Of a stretch of 64,000 bases of DNA, positions 57,523-64,000 are shown in pieces. The DNA comes from Eledone cirrhosa. Lineage: Eukaryota. The notes under the pieces were generated by a model. It had not been told where the DNA came from and did not search any database. It worked only from the letters and a program-made list of their open reading frames with translations. The stretch lies in the NCBI GenBank assembly GCA_964016885.1, contig OZ024756.1, positions 806,001 to 870,000 of the forward strand, read 5' to 3'. Each line of letters begins with the position of its first letter. Position 1 is the stretch's first letter. The position numbers and the translations under genes were made by a program.

Positions 57523-58713
57523 CTAGCTGGCACCCGGCTAGGTATACCGGCATTTCATCTTTTCAGGAACCACCCCTCCACTCCAGTGCAAAGATACAGC
57601 GCACCCTCTCAAGTTTGCGAGGTTTGGGTGGGGGGTTGGTGGGGGTTAACGTGCTTTGATGTTGGGTTTGAATAGTTTTTAGGATTCCCCAGTTCAGCAG
57701 ACCGTTAAAGAAAATTGATAGTTACAACAATAAAGGCTGAACAGAGAACACATTTTTTAACAAACAATAATTTGTACAACCATAATGGAAATTCCAAGTA
57801 ACAGAAAATACATAAATTACATTGTTAGAGCGTCAGAGTATACAATATTTTTTGTTCGGCTCTCCGGAGCAGAGATGAAGAGATTGTTTGGCAAGCTCAC
57901 CCTAGAGCATTCTACATACAATTGACCATGGGAGAAGCATGGTTTTCCCAGATGAAGGCCAGCCACTTTTAGGGTTTGACCCTGAGCTTTGTTGATGGTA
58001 ATCGCGAAGCTTAGTCTTATTGGAAACTGAAGTCGCTTAACATGTCCTGTAACTGGCAAATGATTTCAAGTCTGGTTCCTGGGATGGCCTGATGGCGATG
58101 TATCGCTTGCGAATCTGCGTCTCCAATGAAGTAGATTTGCAAAAACTTGTGGTCTTCGTCGGTCAGAGGTAGGAGACTTCCAATCATGTGGTACACTTGG
58201 CCCTGTACTTTAAATGTGGGAATTTATCCGTGCTTTCGTGAAATAAATAGGTTTTTGTTTTTGTGTATGCAAAAATATCTGTACACGAATATATATATAT
58301 TAAAATAACAGATTAAAGTTTAAGCAAAGAATCGCTGCTTTCATCCTTAACGGGATCTTCTGAAACTAAAAAAATCAGCCTGTGAACACAAGTAAATATT
58401 TCGAAAAACGTTATCTAATGCAGACAGAGACATATTATAAGGGCGCGACGTCATAGCTATGTATCTATCTAAAAATACAGACTAAGAATAAGTGAGGAAT
58501 GTCGTATAACCGGAAGTGTTGACATTTGAAATTTTAAAGAAGTGAATATTTAAATAATGTCTTTAATCTTTTAACAAAATTCAGTAGACAAAAATACCCT
58601 TACTTTTCTACTTGGAAAAAGTTACATGTATGGTGCAAATTTGGTGCTGTTTGGTCCAGCTGTTTGGCGAAAAGTTTGTTACATACATATGGCCGTCAGC
58701 TTTATATTATAGA
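57523..58713 (-). mobile_element. Internally deleted Helitron with RepHel fragments
   Basis: 5' TC at 58713, CTAG 3' end at 57523; Pif1 helicase C-terminus RLQFPIRLSFAITINKAQGQT...FSHGQLYV (57817-58059); FKVQGQVYHMIGSL...FLQIYF (58120-58220). Confidence 0.92.
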
Positions 58714-59044
58714 TATATCATTAGTATAATCTGTAAAATGTTTTTATAGCAAGAATTTGTTCTTCCTGCTTCACTTTATAACGTAATGTCTATTTATCTC
58801 CATCCTTAACACGTTGTCGGCGACACAGGGCTCCATAGAGTTACCTCCCCTTAACAGATAATGCCGTGCCAAGGGAAACAACTCATAGAAATTCCTATCG
58901 TGTATCTGTATACTTTGTTTGCCATCTCCTGGGGTGGAGTCACTTTAACCGATTTTTTTTTCAAATATTATTAATATTGGTCGATTCCATTACAGTTTTG
59001 AGATTAGGGTGGGGGTGGGATTAAGTATATATACTGTACATGTG

Positions 59045-60440
59045 TATTATTATTATTTTTCCTTTTCCTTCAGTATTGTTTCTGATATATGCCGAGTGTC
59101 TTCCTGACACCTAGGGCAATAAACCCACTGTATACATTGGTAAGCCAGTCAACACACCACATTGAATATAATTTACAGCTTATTATTCTTACAGAGAGAT
59201 ATCATTCTTACAGAGATAGTGCTCTTCTCACACACACACAGCCATACACACACACACACTTCCACACAAGGGGGTATGGAGTATCATTCTCACAGAGATA
59301 GTGCTTTTCTCAATACGTGTGCAGTACCAGTCAAAACAATCTTTTGCACCTCTTGCATCAAATACTGTTCTGTTCCATTCTTGATCATTCCCAGTGCTCC
59401 CACAATAACTGGTATTTAAACAGCTTTGAGGTGACACATTTTTTCAATTTCAATAAGCAGATCTTTATATTTTCGTAGCTTGTCAAATTCTTTTGCCGTG
59501 ATATTGTAATCACATTGGTTACTCATATCAATCAGTAAACAGACCTTGCTATGTTGGTCTTTTACAATGATATCTGGTCTGTTTGCTTTTATGGTCTGGT
59601 CAGTATGTACAGGAGAGTCCCAAAGAATTGTTACTTTTTCTCCTTCCGTTACAGCCTCAGGGTGATGATTGTACCACTTGTCAGCAGCTTTGATTTTATA
59701 ATGTCAACATATTACCCAGTGTATATATTGGCCAACTCTGTCATGTCTATATTTGTATTCTACTGGGGCTAAACCTTTACATCCAGAAACTAGGTGCTCA
59801 ACTGTTTCAACCTCAACATTGTAGAATCGGTAATTCCGAGTCAGTAAGCTTTGATCTTGGGCAGCTAAGATGAAGCCTTCGCTCTCTGATTTTAGCCCTG
59901 AGCTACGTTGCCACTATAGGTGTGCTTTTAGTCAACATCAGCTTGTTTGCTATGGGCCACATATTTGCCATGCAGAGGTTTCTGCTCCCACTTTGATGCT
60001 AATTGCTCTTGCGCTTTTGCTTTTGCCATTAATATTATGTGTTTATCAGCAGCAATTGCAACAGCTTCCTCAGTCTGTCCAACCTGAGGATCAAGCATGA
60101 GATCAGTAGCATATTTTTTGCTCTCCTTCAAGATAGAATGAAGCTTCTTACTTCTCTCATGTTTTTCAACAAGTTTCAGCATACAGTCGTTTGTTGTCTC
60201 AAGGTATTTGGCCAGTCCAATAGTGGTGGTCTTGTAGGTAAGTTCAAATAGGATCAGGCCACGGCCTCCTTGAGTTCTAGGAAGGTAAAGACGATCCACA
60301 TCTGCTTTCGGGTGCTGTATCCTATTGCAAATCAATAATTTACGGATTTTGGTGTTGATTCTTTTAATTTCTCTTATATTCTAGTTCAACACACCGAAGC
60401 TATAAGTGACAACTGGAACTGCTTATTATTATTATTACTA
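59045..60440 (-). mobile_element. 5'-truncated, decayed R4/Dong-like non-LTR retrotransposon
   Basis: HPKADVDRLYLPRTQGGRGL, KPLHGKY, GFILAAQDQ, ETVEHLVSGC, RHD, ANRPDII (REL domain); TAA repeats at both ends. Confidence 0.85.
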
Positions 60441-61354
60441 TTATTATAAGGAGGGTGGGGTGTTTGGCAGTAATTGGTAGAGCATCAGACACCATGCTTT
60501 GCAGCATAGTTATGGCCCTTTACGTTCTGAGTTCAAATCTCGCCGAGGTTTACTTTGCTTTTCATCCTTACAGGGTTGATAAAATAAAGTACCAGTAATG
60601 CACTGAGGTAATTGCTGGCCTTGTGCCCAGATTAGAAATAATTATTATTAGCTCACGCTTTTTTTTTTATCACCGTGGTCATGTTACGAGTGTGTTAGCT
60701 TGCCTCAAAGTGTTCCGTTGACCCTTGTGATGTGTGGCCCTATTTGCTGGTCAATTGATGGTCGTTTTTGTTTTTGCTGCCCCCTTTTTTTCCTACTTTT
60801 TCTTTTTTTAAAACTTTTTTGTGTGTTTATATTTGTGTTTATTAACGACATTATATTTGTAATGTTATTCTGAAATAATAACAAATTATTGGAGGGGCTT
60901 AACTCCCAAAAGTCCCTTAGTGTCGGAGGGCTTTGAGTCATTAGGGAGGTAGATTGTCAGACAAAATGTTTTGTGACTTATAGTTACATTCCTTTTATTA
61001 ATTTCTATTTGTGAAATAGCTAACGATAGTCTGAGTTACCACCCTTTAAAGAGTTATCTCTACTTACAAAGTTGTAAACACCAGTTTTATTATCTCTGGT
61101 CTCGAATAATTGTCCCCCTCCCCCCAGCACTTATAATTTTTCAGATTTTTTCCACCACCCCCGCTCTTATTTCAACCTCCAACCCACCCCGCTTATTAAA
61201 TTCTCTAATTTATCTCCGGCGAAATTTCTTTAGACATTAAAAATCATTATACATGACAAAAAAAAAGTACATTACTAGAACTATCATGCGTTTTAAAATG
61301 AATAGGATGAGTTGGGGGTGTAATATGTAAGCTAAACGACTAATTCTGGTTTAA

Positions 61355-61678
<324 letters not shown>

Positions 61679-63315
61679 TAGTATTCACATTACTCTATAT
61701 ATAGTATTATGTGGAGGCACGTGGCCTAGTGGTAAAAGTGTTGGACTTACGATCATAATGTCGTGGGTTCGATTCCTGGGTTGCCTGTTGTGTTCTTGAG
61801 CAAAACACTTTATTTCACGTTGCTCCAGTATACTCACCTGAAAATGAGTACCAGCAATAGCTGGAGGTTTAACCCTGCGATTGACTGGCTTCCTGTCCAG
61901 GGGAGAGTCTTGTACTCTCAGTCGCTTCACGCCATGAAACTGGGATCAGCACCAGCCAAATGAGACTTCTGGCTTAAGACAGACTTTAGACTTTAGATAT
62001 ATACTATTATATTTTCATGGTAAAGGCTTTACCTCGCATAATTATCTCACATAATATCGAATCTATGAGATTTTGAAAGTATTTATTTTGAGAACAATAC
62101 CTTAATATCAGTTTGAGTGACCAGTTACAGCCAGTTTCAACAGAAAAAGGCAGAGAATTCTGGCTGGTTTTGGCCGGTTTGAACATTAAAGAGTTAATGT
62201 GTGTGTGTGTGTGTGGGGGGGGGGGCATGCTAAAGATTATGTAGAGGTAAGTGGCACTATAGTGTTTGTATATGTGTGTGTGTATATGTATGTGTGTATA
62301 TATGTATGTGTGTGTATATGTATGTGTGTGTGTGTATGTGTGTGTATGTGTGTGTATATGTATGTGTGTGTGTGTATGTGTGTGTATATGTATGTGTGTG
62401 TGTATGTGTATATGTATGTGTGTATACGTATGTGTGTGTGTGTGTATATATATGTGTGTGTGTGTGTGTATATGTATGTATGTGTGTGTATACGTATGTG
62501 TGTGTATGTGATTCTGTTAATATATTTGTGAAGCAAGCATGACAGATATTACAGACAAAACCAAGCCACAGGAGATCCAGAGGTTGACACAATCAACATA
62601 GTTAAATAACACCCTTAAACTCAGTCTCATATGCAGCTAATCTATGGCTACATTATACACTGTGTTCCTCCTTTCTTTCAAGACAGTTGAGAAATTTAGC
62701 TGCTGTTTCTAGCAGACTGGACAACCACATAGAACATTGGTACTTAACCTTTTTCTATCATGGCACCCCTTGAGATTTTGAAATTCCATTTCATACCCCT
62801 AGGCCTAACACATAAGACAAAAGAACTCGAATTTTCAGGTCGAATTATCAGCTACTTACCTGCTATTATTTAATTCATTAAGGGTTGTGAATTGGCAGTT
62901 CCAGTACAGGGTTGGACGCCATGCTTTCTAGCATAGTTACGTCTCTTTATGGTCTGAGTTCAAATCCCGTCGAGGTTAACTTTGTCTTTCATCCTTACGG
63001 GGTCGATAAAATAAAGTACCAGTAATGTACTGGTTAATTGCTGGCCTTGTGCCAAAAGTAGAAACAATTATTTAATTAATTAACTATTTTTGAAAATAAC
63101 AGAAAATATCCATCTCTCGTTGTTCCTCTTCTCTCTACCCCTAGCAGACCAATGATCAAAGCTGTTCTATCCAGTTAGTCATTCACAATATCTGACTCTA
63201 ATTTATCTTGTTATCGTTAAGCAGGGGTTAGCCATAAAATGTTTGCTTTGTTCTAGCAGGTCAAATGACCAAGTAGTTTTCTCTTCATTGAGTCCTTATT
63301 CCCCACCTATTTTAG

Positions 63316-63434
63316 GCCATGTGGATGATGCTCCAGCAAGATGAACCTGAAGACTTTGTCATTTCAACAGGAGAGATGCACAGTGTACGAGAATTTGTCG
63401 AGGAATCATTCCAGGTGGTTGGTACCAAAATACA
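63316..63434 (+). CDS. GMDS: GMDS exon 8 (gene continues beyond the window)
   Basis: ttttag|GCC...ATA CA|gtaagt; [39 protein letters not shown]. Confidence 0.95.
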
Positions 63435-63688
63435 GTAAGTACAGCGTTCTACTCTTGAAATACATTGAATGCAGCTCTGTACTCTAGAAATACGCTGCTT
63501 TGTACTCTCAAAATACAGTGAGTACAGCTTTGCACTCTTAAAATACAGTGAGTACAGCTTTGTTCTCTTAAAATACAGTGAGTACAGCTTTGTTCTCTTA
63601 AAATACAGTGAGTACAGCTTTGTTCTCTTAAAATACAGTGAGTACAGCTTTGTACTCTTAGAATATAGTAAATACTGCTTTCTACAGT
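63427..63688 (+). repeat. 30-bp tandem repeat made of the exon-8 end and its 5' splice site
   Basis: Unit aaaatacagtgagtacagctttgttctctt; first unit is the real junction AAAATACA|gtaagtacagc. Confidence 0.93.
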
Positions 63689-63694
63689 AGAGTT

Positions 63695-64000
63695 TCTCCA
63701 GGTAGAGCTGCTACTTCTCTGAATTGAGAGATCACAGCTCAGATACTATGGACATGTAGTTAGACCATCTCAGGAAAGAATTTCAAATTGAGAGATCACA
63801 GCTTGGATACTATGGACATGTAGTTAGACCATCTCAGGAAAGAATTTCAAATTGAGAGATCACAGCTCAGATACTATGGACTTGTAGTTAGACCATCTCA
63901 GGAAAGAATCTCCAAATTGAGAGATCACAGCTCAGATACTATGGACTTGTAGTTAGAATGTCTCAGGAAAGAATTGCTGGACAAATTTTACAGGTAAAAC
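63695..64000 (+). repeat. RTE (Rex3-like) fragment amplified as a 64-bp tandem repeat, ~4 copies
   Basis: Homologous to 39862-39960; aattgagagatcacagc at 63722, 63786, 63850 and 63915. Confidence 0.85.

Noticed and set aside
63469-63690. 73-aa KYSEYSFVLL repeat ORF as an extension of exon 8
   Set aside because: The GMDS frame stops at 63436-63438, before this ORF starts; it is just the 30-bp repeat

Overview
Repeat-rich animal genomic DNA. The huge (TA)n/(CA)n microsatellites, RTE LINEs with (ATG)n tails and tRNA-derived SINEs suggest a coleoid cephalopod such as an octopus; that is inference. The only host gene is GDP-mannose 4,6-dehydratase (GMDS) on the + strand. Seven internal GT-AG exons (20361-63434) splice in frame; the first and last exons lie outside the window. 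The introns hold one RTE LINE with an intact 1022-aa APE-RT ORF carrying a C4HC3 PHD-type finger, many truncated RTEs, CRE-like and R4/Dong-like non-LTR relics, a maT/Tc1-mariner deletion derivative, Helitrons, piggyBac-like MITEs, SINEs and minisatellites. Two patterns are not explained by the ORF track. (1) A dispersed set of type I hammerhead-ribozyme motifs with palindromic stem III sits in fold-back, Penelope-like remnants inside TA microsatellites; two well-formed ones are on the sense strand of the pre-mRNA and two belong to a family with a very long stem II. (2) GMDS splice-site sequence is locally duplicated: a copied exon-7 end with its donor, a 30-bp array of exon-8 donors, and an acceptor-like 41-bp array before exon 3. 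Most ORF-track entries are microsatellite or antisense artefacts.
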